Source of the DNA: a virus
Lineage: Duplodnaviria; Caudoviricetes
DNA: 64,000 nucleotides
Strand: one strand, 5' to 3'
IMG/VR virus record: IMGVR_UViG_3300021958_011004
Coordinates: 1 to 64,000 of that record
The translations under genes were made by a program, and so were the position numbers. Positions 46,570-57,237 of this stretch are shown piece after piece (within the stretch, counting starts at the first letter, position 1; the number at the start of each line of letters is the position of its first letter). A model generated the notes under the pieces. It was not told the origin of the DNA. It worked only from the letters and a program-made list of their open reading frames with translations, and made no database searches.

Positions 46570-46869
46570 TTAAATAGATTTTCGCTGAGCGTTGAATTGC
46601 TTGTCATAAAAAGCGCGTTTTTCACGATTTTGCAATTCTCGAGTGACATAGCAGAGATGAACTTCTAGGTCTCTCATATTTTTGGATGATTCATCATCCA
46701 ATCTCTTTCTTGAGCTTTTAATCAGCTTAGAACGAAGCTCCATATAATACTCACCTAAAGTTTGGTCATTCAAATATCCCAAATCTTTATTACTATAACG
46801 GTACATCACAACCTCCATCGATGCGTAGTTTATAGCTTTACTATTGTTTTGCTCAAATAAAATTTTCAT
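46570..46869 (-). CDS. hypothetical protein
   Basis: ORF track. Confidence 0.65.
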   Translation of the reverse strand: MKILFEQNNSKAINYASMEVVMYRYSNKDLGYLNDQTLGEYYMELRSKLIKSSRKRLDDESSKNMRDLEVHLCYVTRELQNREKRAFYDKQFNAQRKSI

Positions 46870-46874
46870 ATTTT

Positions 46875-46903
46875 ATTATAAGCACCACACTTTGGGTTTA
46901 CAC
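46875..46903 (-). promoter_or_regulatory. promoter GTGTAA-N17-TATAAT
   Basis: Consensus match. Confidence 0.6.
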
Positions 46904-46920
46904 CCTTTTTTTTAAAAAAA

Positions 46921-47280
46921 TTAAAAAATTATTTTTTTACCCTTTAGGGTTACAGTTCTTTTATTGTAAGTGTCAAAAGCAATAGTCTTGACACCGGGAA
47001 GTTTTTTAATAGAACCACCTAACTCTTTGAGGTTTTTATATACTTCTTCAGTTCTTGGCAAGAATTTAATACTCACTTCAAGTCTATCATCACCATCAAA
47101 AAACCTTGCTACTTTCTTGCTTTGAGCAACAACAGCTATTGCAGGAAGAATACGAATTCTTGTCATTAAATCTGGAATATGTGTATCAGGTTCAAGTTTA
47201 AGCGTTGCTGTACAAGTTGTTAGTTTTCTTTCAAGCTTGTATATTGACTCATTAATCTTTTTCATATCACTTTCCTGCAA
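46921..47280 (-). CDS. hypothetical protein
   Basis: ORF track. Confidence 0.7.
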   Translation of the reverse strand: MQESDMKKINESIYKLERKLTTCTATLKLEPDTHIPDLMTRIRILPAIAVVAQSKKVARFFDGDDRLEVSIKFLPRTEEVYKNLKELGGSIKKLPGVKTIAFDTYNKRTVTLKGKKIIF

Positions 47281-47288
47281 TAGGTTTT

Positions 47289-48905
47289 CTAATAACTATT
47301 ATCGTCGTTAGATTGTTTCTCTATTTCTATCATGCAGCATCCTACATTTAATAGCATCGTAGCAGCAGAAACAGCATTCTCAATTGCACATCTTACAACC
47401 TTGTGAGGATCAACAATACCAATGTCAAACATATTTCCTAAAACATCATTTCGAGCATCATAACCAACATAATCATCTGTAGATAGAATTTGAGTTAATA
47501 ACGAGTCCGGAGAGTTGTGACCGTTCCTAATAATCTGCTTAAAAGGTTCAACACATGATCTCTGCATAATTTCAATTCCAGCTCTAACATCAGCACTAGA
47601 CTCTGAATCTATATCTACTTGGAGCGACTTAGAAGCTCTTGCCAATGCCACACCACCGCCGGGAAGGATTCCTTCTTGAAGAGCAGCACGAGTTGCGTGT
47701 AGTGCATCATCAACTCTGTCATATCTTTCAATAAGCTCTGACTCTGTTGCTGCACCAATCCTGAGAATTGAAATACCTCCGGCTAGTTGCTGTAGACGGT
47801 ATTTCAATAATTCAACTTCAACATCTTCCAGCCCAGGATTGTCAAACTGGCTTTTAATTGCATAGACTCTTTGTTGGATATAATCATCTCTATTATGACC
47901 TTCTTGTGCAACAAGCAGGGTGTTTCCTCGATGAGTAATTGTCTTTTTACAAGTACCAAAATCTTCCATTGAGAATTTATTCATATCAAAAGAAGCATCA
48001 ACAATTGTTCCACCCACAACAGCTTGAAGATCATTTAAAAGATCATGTCTTGAATTTCCAAATCCTGGGCTTTTAATTGCACAAACACGTAATGCTCCTT
48101 TTGTTTTGTTGAGCACTAGACCTTGCAACGCATCTCCTTCTACATCGTTAGCGATAACCAGGACAGGTCTGGAGACCTCCAAAGAAAGTTCTAATGGTTT
48201 CATAAGGTCACGAATAGAAGTAAATTCTCTATTGGCTAAGAAGATCAGGGGCTTATCAAACTCACAAGTCATTTTATTTTTATCTGTAACAAAATAAGGA
48301 GATAAATAGCCACGCTCGACTCTAAAGCCGTCAACAACGCTTAAAGAAGATTTAAACCCTTTTGCTTCTTCAACAATAATATTGCCATCAACACCGGAAG
48401 CTTCTATCGCATTTACAATAAGCTCAGCAGTTTCTTTTTCACCGTTTGCTGAAATCATTGCAACCTGAAGTAATTCTTCTCTACCGTTTACTTCTTTTTT
48501 ATGGCTAGATATTTCTTTTTTTATTGAATTTAAAGCTAAGTCAATTCCTGCTTTTAACAAGTCGGGCTGAAATCCCGCTGCTTTCATTTTTAAGCCTTCA
48601 TTATAAATCTTTTGTGCTAGAACTGTAGCTGTTGTTGTACCATCGCCTGCTTCTTCAGCAGTTCTGGCTGCAGCTTCCTTGATAACTTTAACACCAAGAT
48701 TTTGGACTTCATCTGACAAGTTAACTGATTGAGCAACTGTTACCCCGTCTTTAGTGACAATCGGATGATCGCCTGGTCGCTGAATCAACACTAGCCGTCC
48801 TTTTGGTCCCATTGTTGTTTTTACGGCATTTGCTAAAATATCAATACCTTTCTTAAGACTAACATCAAGCTCATCTTTAAAAATGACTTCTCTTTTCTTT
48901 TCCAA
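47289..48905 (-). CDS. groL: chaperonin GroEL (Cpn60)
   Basis: TMGPKGR, TKDGVTVA, AGDGTTTATVLA, KSPGFG, GILPGGGVAL, IVDPHKV. Confidence 0.96.
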   Translation of the reverse strand: MEKKREVIFKDELDVSLKKGIDILANAVKTTMGPKGRLVLIQRPGDHPIVTKDGVTVAQSVNLSDEVQNLGVKVIKEAAARTAEEAGDGTTTATVLAQKIYNEGLKMKAAGFQPDLLKAGIDLALNSIKKEISSHKKEVNGREELLQVAMISANGEKETAELIVNAIEASGVDGNIIVEEAKGFKSSLSVVDGFRVERGYLSPYFVTDKNKMTCEFDKPLIFLANREFTSIRDLMKPLELSLEVSRPVLVIANDVEGDALQGLVLNKTKGALRVCAIKSPGFGNSRHDLLNDLQAVVGGTIVDASFDMNKFSMEDFGTCKKTITHRGNTLLVAQEGHNRDDYIQQRVYAIKSQFDNPGLEDVEVELLKYRLQQLAGGISILRIGAATESELIERYDRVDDALHATRAALQEGILPGGGVALARASKSLQVDIDSESSADVRAGIEIMQRSCVEPFKQIIRNGHNSPDSLLTQILSTDDYVGYDARNDVLGNMFDIGIVDPHKVVRCAIENAVSAATMLLNVGCCMIEIEKQSNDDNSY

Positions 48906-48908
48906 GTT

Positions 48909-49115
48909 TCACCCTTTTAGAATTTTTCTTTCACTAACAATTGAATATCTGCTTAAAATTTCGTTTAAGCTATTTGTTTTTTGTAATACTCTTCTTTGTT
49001 GACTAATAACATTTTCAGCAACTATTAAGTCACCTTGAACAGCAGCAACTTCATTAACTGCAATAATATTGAGCTTTCTTAGCTCGAGTTGAATTCTATC
49101 ATTTAAATAATTCAT
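48909..49115 (-). CDS. small hypothetical protein
   Basis: Start at MNYLND, coupled to the upstream stop. Confidence 0.55.
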   Translation of the reverse strand: MNYLNDRIQLELRKLNIIAVNEVAAVQGDLIVAENVISQQRRVLQKTNSLNEILSRYSIVSERKILKG

Positions 49116-49912
49116 ACCAAACCTCCGAAAGTTTGAACATATTTTGACCAAGTCTTTTCTTTTAACATTGAATCAAAACCTAATTCATCAAAGTAAGAGT
49201 AAATCTGTTCAAAGTCTCCATCACCTGTTTTTGTTTCCATCACAGAAAGATTATCAGAGAAATCAACCAGACGAATTAAGTTTACATTATTTTCGAAGAC
49301 TTGTTTATAGACAGGATTACTTAATTTCTCTTGCAATAATTCAGGATTACGCATAAGCTTATCAGCAGTCTTATCACCAACCCCAGGAATACCTGAAATA
49401 TTATCTGTTAAATCACCACGCAAAGCTTTCCACATAACGTAATCATATTCTGGTTTTTCAATAAACTTCTTTTTAATTGGATGATATATCTGCAAGTTAT
49501 CAAAAGCATTTAGTAATTGAATAAAATCAGAGTCAGATGAAACAATTGTTACATCATCGCTATTTCTACAATGAATTGACGCCATAGTTGCGATGGTATC
49601 ATCACACTCTAGCTCTGGATGTTTGATTGTTTCAAATGGAAAATGAGCAGAAACTAAATCAATAATGGCTGCCTTTTGTCGATGAAAGCTGTTTCCTGGG
49701 TTTGGACGATTTGCCTTATAATTTCCACCACTTATTTCGCTTCGAAACTTAGGATAACCCTCTAGAACAAAGTAGACCTTGTCTGGAGAAAACTTCTCTA
49801 CAATAGGGCGTACACCTCGAAAGAAGTTATAAATTATGGGATGGTCTCCTTGAGAAAAACCAGAGCGAGCGCGATGAATGAGATTATAAGCATCAAGAAA
49901 CAATACTTTCAA
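49112..49912 (-). CDS. 5'-3' exonuclease (T4 RNase H/FEN family)
   Basis: LFLDAYNL, YKANR, ECDD, SSDSDF, ALRGDLTDNISGIPGVGDKTA. Confidence 0.92.
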   Translation of the reverse strand: MKVLFLDAYNLIHRARSGFSQGDHPIIYNFFRGVRPIVEKFSPDKVYFVLEGYPKFRSEISGGNYKANRPNPGNSFHRQKAAIIDLVSAHFPFETIKHPELECDDTIATMASIHCRNSDDVTIVSSDSDFIQLLNAFDNLQIYHPIKKKFIEKPEYDYVMWKALRGDLTDNISGIPGVGDKTADKLMRNPELLQEKLSNPVYKQVFENNVNLIRLVDFSDNLSVMETKTGDGDFEQIYSYFDELGFDSMLKEKTWSKYVQTFGGLV

Positions 49913-50355
49913 TTTTTACCTACCTTGTCGATTTCTTCTTTTTTCACCTTACCAATAACACCATTGCCAAGGTCTACTTTTATTATATCATCTTCATTAT
50001 TATTTTGCACGCTAGACAAATTATTTATAATTTTTTGAGGTTCAACAACATCTTCAACAATATTTGGAAAGCTTTCGTCACGCAATATCTCAGCATCTGA
50101 AATCATTTTTTCAATTGCATTTGTTGCGTTCTGAACCATGTAGTTTTTTATTTCATGGCGATTTTTAAAAATCTGACCCTTTATATTTTTAATGTCTACA
50201 ATGGTTTTTGCTTCATTTGGAAACATTATCATATAAGTCTTTTCTTTTCCAGTCAATGTTGTTTTTGTCACTTCTTCAACAACTTGAACTGGAATAATAT
50301 TTAAAGACTTTTCACTTGACATAAAAAGAATCTGCCCGACTTCGTAATCGTTCAT
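49909..50355 (-). CDS. hypothetical protein
   Basis: ORF track; GAGGTG SD. Confidence 0.7.
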   Translation of the reverse strand: MNDYEVGQILFMSSEKSLNIIPVQVVEEVTKTTLTGKEKTYMIMFPNEAKTIVDIKNIKGQIFKNRHEIKNYMVQNATNAIEKMISDAEILRDESFPNIVEDVVEPQKIINNLSSVQNNNEDDIIKVDLGNGVIGKVKKEEIDKVGKN

Positions 50356-50428
50356 AGAAACACCTCTCGAATATTTCTAATTGTATTACAAAGCGGGCAG
50401 AATTTATAACTATTCTTGCTTTTATTTT

Positions 50429-50893
50429 TTATTTAAAGCCGATTCCCTTAAGAAATGAACCCTGATGAACAAAACCTTTTTTGCTCTTTTGCGGCTTTTC
50501 ATTTCCGTAAATCCAGTCAGCACTAATATTAAGTTCATCCATAATATTCTGAACTTCTTCTTCGATTACTGACTTAAGATGTGCTTCTTGTAATGCTTGA
50601 CGTCTTTTTGCTTGTGCTTTTTGTGCAAGATCTGCTTGACGCTTCTTGTTTTCGTTCATAAGACGCTTCATGCGACGAAGTTCTTGAACTAACTCAACTT
50701 CATCAATCTCAATTACTTCATCAAGATTTTCTTCTTTTTCTTCATCTTCTTCAGCTTCCATTGCTTCAGCAAACATATCACTAACAGGTGCAGCTTCTTT
50801 AATTGTTTCATTAGCAGATTCACGAAGAAGATTAGAAGATGGTGTTCCACCAACCCCAGCTAATTGACAAAGTCTATCAACATTAATTTTCAT
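50429..50893 (-). CDS. acidic helical protein, putative prohead core/scaffold
   Basis: GGAGG SD before MKINVDRLCQLAG; many L/I-X-E sites. Confidence 0.6.
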   Translation of the reverse strand: MKINVDRLCQLAGVGGTPSSNLLRESANETIKEAAPVSDMFAEAMEAEEDEEKEENLDEVIEIDEVELVQELRRMKRLMNENKKRQADLAQKAQAKRRQALQEAHLKSVIEEEVQNIMDELNISADWIYGNEKPQKSKKGFVHQGSFLKGIGFK

Positions 50894-50935
50894 TTTAAAT
50901 TCCTCCAACAAGAATAGTATCTATAACTATTATTC

Positions 50936-51292
50936 TTAAGAGTTAGTTTCCGAAATATTTTTTCTGATGTTATCTGTAATTTGTCTACCCTTCTCTACAG
51001 CTTCTTGAAGAGGTTCTAGACCTAGACATATGCGCACCTCATCATAAAGCTCAGGGGTTAAACCCTCTTTAAGATGGACCATATCTGCATATTGATGTAA
51101 GTCCATTTCAAGAATTGGTAACTTTTCACCATTAGGGCCAGGTTCAAATTCACCAGTCTCTCTACTTTCAAACACAAAAAGAACTTTAGGCATTACTTCT
51201 TCTTGTGGTACCATAATAAAAGGAATCTTTGAGGATAGTCCATCCTCAGCTTCTTCATACATTAGCTCTGGGAACCATTTGTTTTCTGACAT
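50936..51292 (-). CDS. hypothetical protein
   Basis: ORF track; GGAG SD. Confidence 0.7.
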   Translation of the reverse strand: MSENKWFPELMYEEAEDGLSSKIPFIMVPQEEVMPKVLFVFESRETGEFEPGPNGEKLPILEMDLHQYADMVHLKEGLTPELYDEVRICLGLEPLQEAVEKGRQITDNIRKNISETNS

Positions 51293-51351
51293 TTTTTACT
51301 CCGTTTTTAATTTTTAAAATTCTATTTTATGAAAAACAGAAGTAAAATAAA

Positions 51352-52416
51352 CTAATAGTTCTGGAGTTGATTAATAAATTCTCTCATTTTATTCATCACT
51401 GGTTCTTCAAGTGTTGTATCAACAAGAGCTTTTGCAATTTGTGGTAATAATTCAGCAATTGCTATTTTCCTACCAGCGATGGCTTTTTCCTTTAATTCTT
51501 CAGTAATGTCATATCCATCACTGTTTGGAAGCGAGTTCATTAATCTGGTGTCAGCTTGAATGTCATTTAAAGCAGCAATTTGTTTATAAGCAGCTTGTGC
51601 ATCTTCTGTTTCTATGTTACTTAAAACATCAGTTACTTTAAGATAATTGTCGATATCCTTGTCTAAAGAATTTAAATCCATGTTAGATATCAATGCCTCG
51701 GGAAATACATTTGCAAATCCTGCAGGTAAAAATATTTCCTCTACTTCTGCTTGCTCGTTTAACTTTCTTTCTGTAACAACATCTGCTACTGTTGCAGCAG
51801 CCTTAATCTGTGGAATAGGAGCTTTTTTTGCTGCCTTTATGACAACATCAGCAGCTTTTTCTTTACCTTTTGTTGAAGCAATTGAAGAAGCAATACTCTT
51901 AACAATTCCAGTTTTGTCTTCTTTTTCAACCTCAACGGCAGGCTTCTTAACAGCGGGTGTTGTGCCTCTTGAGATGTAATCACTGCCGATACCTATCACC
52001 TCAGCAAATAAATCAATAGCACGCTGAATCCAATAACAGGCCACTGCAGGAACACCCATAATGTTTAAAGCCATGTCTACATTATTAATAATTTCTCCTA
52101 AAACAAATCTCAAGGCAGAAAGCTCAGAAGCAGTATTTGGCAAAAATTTTGCTAGAGTTGAATCTTTTGTCATTTGTTGAATAGCACCATCAACGCTTGT
52201 AGCTCTTTTATCTCCAAGAAATAATTTTTCAAATCCTGGAATTCTAGAAAAATCTATTTCACAAGTCCCTGGTTTCCATTCTGTGTATCTGAAAACTAGG
52301 CTGCTTCCACGCTCGATTTCATTTATGAGCTTCTTTTTTTGACAGCAGCAGCCTTCTGCTAATAAAATATTTCTTATTTCTTTTCTTAGTTGAGATTCTG
52401 ATATCTTCATTATCAA
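51352..52416 (-). CDS. hypothetical protein with MKISESQLRKEIRNILLAE leader
   Basis: Member of the leader family. Confidence 0.8.
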   Translation of the reverse strand: MIMKISESQLRKEIRNILLAEGCCCQKKKLINEIERGSSLVFRYTEWKPGTCEIDFSRIPGFEKLFLGDKRATSVDGAIQQMTKDSTLAKFLPNTASELSALRFVLGEIINNVDMALNIMGVPAVACYWIQRAIDLFAEVIGIGSDYISRGTTPAVKKPAVEVEKEDKTGIVKSIASSIASTKGKEKAADVVIKAAKKAPIPQIKAAATVADVVTERKLNEQAEVEEIFLPAGFANVFPEALISNMDLNSLDKDIDNYLKVTDVLSNIETEDAQAAYKQIAALNDIQADTRLMNSLPNSDGYDITEELKEKAIAGRKIAIAELLPQIAKALVDTTLEEPVMNKMREFINQLQNY

Positions 52417-53156
52417 TCTCTCATTAATCTTCTAACTTTTTCTCTTAATGCGATCACGTCTTGAGATTCATTAACTTTGATCGGAGGAGTTGTGTCTTCT
52501 TCTTCGTCACTAACTTGAATAGTAGCTTGAACTTGTTGTTGGGCTTCAGGTTTCTTTTCAACTTCGCTTGATGCTTCTTCGCCCTCTTCTCTTTTTGTAA
52601 TATCAAAATAATGTTTTGGATCACTCGGATCTTGTGCTTCTTCAGCTTCAATTGCACCAGTTAAAATCTTTGAAAGTTCTTTAAGGAATAAAAATAAAAT
52701 TTCTCTTTCATTCTCATCAAGTCTATCATAATATCCACTTAATTCATCTTTAATTTCTTTGTCTCTTAAAGATCTTCCTGCGCGTAATGTATTAATGGCT
52801 GTTATAACAGAGTCAAAAGAATAACCACCTTCTGTATCATCAAGACTCATCGCTTTTTCTGCTGCTGGTAATTCTTCTTCTCTTTCTTCTGCGTCAGGAT
52901 TATCATCAACTTCTTCAGCAGCAGCTTCAGATTCATCTCCGGCAGCTACTTCCTCTTCTTCTTCGACTTCCTCTGCTGCAACTTCTTCCTCTTCTTGTTC
53001 ATAAAGATTTTTCATTTCACTTTCAAGGTTACTCTTAAACTTATCAGCATAAGGATCTGATGATTCATTTAGTTTTAGTTTAGATTTTTTTACTGCTTCC
53101 TCAGATACGACTCGTAACAAGTTTAGCAATTCTTTTTCATTGTTGATTTTAAACAT
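52413..53156 (-). CDS. acidic protein, putative virion core
   Basis: LYEQEEEEVAAEE; C-terminal NESQDVIALREKVRRLM. Confidence 0.75.
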   Translation of the reverse strand: MFKINNEKELLNLLRVVSEEAVKKSKLKLNESSDPYADKFKSNLESEMKNLYEQEEEEVAAEEVEEEEEVAAGDESEAAAEEVDDNPDAEEREEELPAAEKAMSLDDTEGGYSFDSVITAINTLRAGRSLRDKEIKDELSGYYDRLDENEREILFLFLKELSKILTGAIEAEEAQDPSDPKHYFDITKREEGEEASSEVEKKPEAQQQVQATIQVSDEEEDTTPPIKVNESQDVIALREKVRRLMRD

Positions 53157-53188
53157 ATAATCCTCTCTAATATAGCTAATTATGAACC

Positions 53189-53530
53189 TTAAAACATTAT
53201 TTCAATTTCATAATCAATATCATTTTTTTGCTTTTGAATTTTTTTTATATTGAATTTATAATTTATCTCTTTTACATTATTTCCTAAAACTATTTTTTTT
53301 ATCATTAGTGACTGATCAAAAAATAATTTTTCTAAGTAATGAGAAGAAACGTTAAAAGCAATGATACCACTATCAACAAAATAGTTTTTAATTTCAAAAA
53401 AGTATTCATCGCTATCGTTTCCAATGACAGCAGAAAGAACGTCAAAAACAGAGCCATCGCTATCTTTCTTTTCTATTAATTCATCCTCAGTTAAAAGACC
53501 CTTTAAAGACTCACTAACAAAAAAAGACAT
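53189..53530 (-). CDS. hypothetical protein
   Basis: ORF track. Confidence 0.65.
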   Translation of the reverse strand: MSFFVSESLKGLLTEDELIEKKDSDGSVFDVLSAVIGNDSDEYFFEIKNYFVDSGIIAFNVSSHYLEKLFFDQSLMIKKIVLGNNVKEINYKFNIKKIQKQKNDIDYEIEIMF

Positions 53531-53531
53531 C

Positions 53532-53945
53532 TTATAAAGACCTTATAAACTTAACATCCTGATATACTTCGTCAATATATCTTGCCAGGTCTAAATCTCT
53601 ATCTGAAACACCTCCCATTTCATGTGTTGTTAATTCTATTACAACAACATCAACATCAATAGTAATCTTTGGATGATGATTGATTTGATTAGATTTTCTC
53701 ATCACATCATTTAAAAAATACATCAGATGATTAAAAGATGCAAACTTAAAAGATTTTTCAATTAAACTGTGCCCATGTATATCTTCAACAGTTTGCCAGT
53801 CACTTGATTTTACAGCAACAGGAAGTTCTTCACCCATTTCAAAACTTCTAGCTCTCCCAACGTTTTGATAAGGAAAATTAGGAATCTCAAAACTTTGCTT
53901 TTGAGAAATCATGTTTGCTAAATTTTCAAGTAACATTTTTGACAT
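53532..53945 (-). CDS. phhB: pterin-4-alpha-carbinolamine dehydratase family protein
   Basis: FKFASF...NHHPKI...V.IELTTHEMGGVSDRDLDLA. Confidence 0.8.
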   Translation of the reverse strand: MSKMLLENLANMISQKQSFEIPNFPYQNVGRARSFEMGEELPVAVKSSDWQTVEDIHGHSLIEKSFKFASFNHLMYFLNDVMRKSNQINHHPKITIDVDVVVIELTTHEMGGVSDRDLDLARYIDEVYQDVKFIRSL

Positions 53946-53948
53946 ATT

Positions 53949-56783
53949 TTACACAACCTCATAATCAGATAGATTACTCATGGCAACCTGAGAAGCCATA
54001 TCTTGTTTATAAGCATCGATAGCCTTAAGTAACATTGAAGAAGTATATCTTTGCCCTGATTTACCTTTTGCCATTACCTTTCCAAAAACTTTATCAATCT
54101 CACCTACAAACTGACCAATGAAATCCTCTTCTTTTGTTGCACCTCTTACTTTCATGAAACCAGTATCAATTGTATCTTCAAACCAGTCTTTTACAATGTC
54201 AGCAACTTCAGCATAAGTCTCAGCATCAATGCCCATCTCAATCAATTTCTCTGCTGTTTTACCCATCTCTGCATAACTTGGGACTTCTTTGGTTCCTGTA
54301 AAGTATTCCGCAACAGAACTAGCAATTTTATTTCTCTCTTTATCATTAAGCTTTTTCTTTTTATTAACTTCAATTTTATCAAAATCTAAATAATCTTTAA
54401 CCAACTCTGCAACATAATCTCTAGCTTCTCTATCGATAATGCTTGTTATGTTACTAAACATGTCACCAACAATTTGTCTAACAATATATCCACTAACAGT
54501 ATAAGCATAATCAGTAGCTTTTTCAATATCATCTGCATCTTCTGGGTCAATACCTACATCAGCAATAAAATCATTGTATTCTGCCATTTGTCCCTTAATG
54601 TGGTCAAGAATATCAATGGTATAATCATGTTCTTCTTGATCAGCAGGCTTCTTTGCTTTTTTCTTTGCTGCCTCAGTAGCTTCTTTTGTGAAGTCAATAG
54701 CATCTATGATGTAAGGAACAATAGCCTCTTGCATTTGACGCATCTTTTCAAACATTGGAGAATCTTGACCGCCTTTAACACCTCTAGCTGCATCTTCAAA
54801 TTTCTTTTTAACATGTTTGTTATACCATTGTCTGATACCATTGGCGTTAGAAAAACCAAAGAAAGGTGCAAGTGTTTCATATTCTCTTGTATCTGCAAGT
54901 CTTTGCAACTCAGATAAAAATTTGTCTTTTGCTTTCTGATCGACAGCGATATCAGCTAAGTCTGCATCAACCTCAACAGAAGCCATTTCTTTTTCTTCTT
55001 GTTTTCTAGCCTTGTCTTCTTGAAACTTTTTAGCTTCTTCAAACCTTCTATTAACAACTTCTTCAACTTTATCCTTAAATTCATCAGCAGGATAAGTGTG
55101 AATTACACCTGAATTGTTAAAAACATATTCGTCACCCTTCAGACTTCTTTCAACAAAAGTATCTAACAAAGCATTTTCAACTTCAGACAATTGTTCCATT
55201 GTTGCATTATTGTTAAAATGCAGTCCGTTTTGGAATTTAAATGGTCCTGTTTCTTTTGTTATAACTGTCATAAACATGTCATTAACAACTTTATTTAAAA
55301 ACTCGCCCTTGGGTAATTGAGCATTTCTTTTCTTGTCAAGTGTAAGATGAGCAGCTAATGTAGAAGCAATGTATTTAACAGCATCAGGCCCGTTAATTCT
55401 ATTCATAAGGCTAGCTTTGAGAATATTAGACCTAAGGTCTTCTAATTTCTTTTTAAAAGATGCATCAGAAGGATCCAGTTTGTTCTTTAAAAGCTTTGTT
55501 AGAAAGTTGCTAGTCCATTTCTCAATACTTTTTTCATTTGAACTGGCTTTGTTTAAATTTACGCTTGAAAAAGAATTGGAAAAACCAATGCCATATTCAT
55601 TTGCAACCATCTTTGCTGCTTCTTTAACATTCTTAACAGTTCTATTAAGCAATGCATTATAAGCTTCAACCTCAGCCGTCTGAGATATGTCATGAAGAAT
55701 GTCAAATGTTTCAAACACCAATCGATTCAACAAACTTAATTCTTTCTTTTCTTCTTCTGACATTTGATCAAAAACAGATTGTCTTATTCTACTCTTGTAA
55801 ATTTCCTCAGCTTTTCTCTCTGCTTCTTCTTCTGAGCCAAATGTAACAGCACCACCAACCCTTCCACTTGATTTGTAGCCTTCTTCATAGCCCAGTATAT
55901 AATCTGGTTCTTGTTGTTTTGGAATAGCTGGAAGCTCTTCAGTGTCATCTTGAATACCGTCGTTATATCCCTTTAAGTACAGATCTTTATCTTGTGCAGC
56001 TTTAAATGATGCCAAAAACTCAACATCAGCAAGTGTCTCTTGTGCTGGTTCAGCTTTCTTTTTTGCTTTTCGAACTAGAGTTTTTATACCACCACTTGAC
56101 TGACCAGCACCATATATTTGAGGAGCTTTAGTCTTTACTGCTGCTTGAGTTTCTGTGCTGTCTTGCTCCCCGCCAAAGCCAATAGATTCTCTTCTTTCAA
56201 TGTCATTCATAATCATTGTTGTAACAGCAATATCGTCAACTCCTTCTTCCTGGAAATCTGACCGGCCAGCAATTGTCTTAGCCATGTCATCAATTACCTG
56301 GAATCTTTGAACTGGATCACGTTGTCTGATTGCTTTTACTACTGCTGACTTAATAGCATCCTTCATGCTGTCAGACAATCTTGAGTCTTCTTCGTAAGAC
56401 TCAGATAAAATTCTCTTTACCTCTGCTAACATGAAAAGCTTTTCATCTTCTTTGTCAAGCGCTGAATCTAAAATCTTGTGAAGCATTCTGTAAAAGAACT
56501 CAATTTCACTTCTTGGGACTTCTTTGCAAATTCTAATAGCAGCTGCTTGTAATTCTTCTCTTGAAGCAGGAACAAAGTCTGGATCATCAACGGGAGGCTC
56601 TTCAACTGATAATTGTGTGGCCATCTGTGGCCTTGGTTTGATTGGTTCTTCGTCTTCTGCAAAGAAGCCAAGGAAATTTCCTCCCATGTTACCAGCAATA
56701 TGATAATCTGATCTAGAAGGTGATTCTGTCATAACTTGTTTTAGAACGTTAAACAGGACGCTTTTCTTAACTTTTATTTCCAT
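53949..56783 (-). CDS. large (944-aa) helical protein, putative virion/internal
   Basis: Long ORF; helical and charged; located among leader-family genes. Confidence 0.8.
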   Translation of the reverse strand: MEIKVKKSVLFNVLKQVMTESPSRSDYHIAGNMGGNFLGFFAEDEEPIKPRPQMATQLSVEEPPVDDPDFVPASREELQAAAIRICKEVPRSEIEFFYRMLHKILDSALDKEDEKLFMLAEVKRILSESYEEDSRLSDSMKDAIKSAVVKAIRQRDPVQRFQVIDDMAKTIAGRSDFQEEGVDDIAVTTMIMNDIERRESIGFGGEQDSTETQAAVKTKAPQIYGAGQSSGGIKTLVRKAKKKAEPAQETLADVEFLASFKAAQDKDLYLKGYNDGIQDDTEELPAIPKQQEPDYILGYEEGYKSSGRVGGAVTFGSEEEAERKAEEIYKSRIRQSVFDQMSEEEKKELSLLNRLVFETFDILHDISQTAEVEAYNALLNRTVKNVKEAAKMVANEYGIGFSNSFSSVNLNKASSNEKSIEKWTSNFLTKLLKNKLDPSDASFKKKLEDLRSNILKASLMNRINGPDAVKYIASTLAAHLTLDKKRNAQLPKGEFLNKVVNDMFMTVITKETGPFKFQNGLHFNNNATMEQLSEVENALLDTFVERSLKGDEYVFNNSGVIHTYPADEFKDKVEEVVNRRFEEAKKFQEDKARKQEEKEMASVEVDADLADIAVDQKAKDKFLSELQRLADTREYETLAPFFGFSNANGIRQWYNKHVKKKFEDAARGVKGGQDSPMFEKMRQMQEAIVPYIIDAIDFTKEATEAAKKKAKKPADQEEHDYTIDILDHIKGQMAEYNDFIADVGIDPEDADDIEKATDYAYTVSGYIVRQIVGDMFSNITSIIDREARDYVAELVKDYLDFDKIEVNKKKKLNDKERNKIASSVAEYFTGTKEVPSYAEMGKTAEKLIEMGIDAETYAEVADIVKDWFEDTIDTGFMKVRGATKEEDFIGQFVGEIDKVFGKVMAKGKSGQRYTSSMLLKAIDAYKQDMASQVAMSNLSDYEVV

Positions 56784-56835
56784 TACAATACTCCTATCTT
56801 GTATTAAATAGGTAGGTTATCATCATTTATTATAA

Positions 56836-57234
56836 CTATTGGATTACTTTTGATGTTAGATATACAATAGCTATCCCAGATGCAATTCCTGAAACATACA
56901 CAGCTGTGTTTGTCCATCTAGGTTTATATACCTGTTTCTCAAGAAAGTCTATCTGTTCAGCTCTGAGTGCTTCTAAACCACTGCTTTTTTCTAAACATGC
57001 AGTTAAGTCTGCTTCTTTTATTTTTAATTGTAATTTAAAATCTGCATCTGCAATTGCTAAATCTCTTTCTGCATCAATCTTACACTTTCCAACTTCTTCA
57101 TCTGCTTTGGCAATAATTTGAGCAACACCCTCCGGAGACAACAAAGTGCCGCTGAAGGGTGCTTTTTCACCCTTTTCTATTGCGACACTGTCTTTACCGT
57201 ATGCTAGAGCACACAATAATAAAATTTTTAACAT
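56836..57234 (-). CDS. secreted coiled-coil protein with C-terminal TM (spanin-like?)
   Basis: Signal peptide, heptads, TM at C-terminus. Confidence 0.6.
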   Translation of the reverse strand: MLKILLLCALAYGKDSVAIEKGEKAPFSGTLLSPEGVAQIIAKADEEVGKCKIDAERDLAIADADFKLQLKIKEADLTACLEKSSGLEALRAEQIDFLEKQVYKPRWTNTAVYVSGIASGIAIVYLTSKVIQ

Positions 57235-57237
57235 ATA

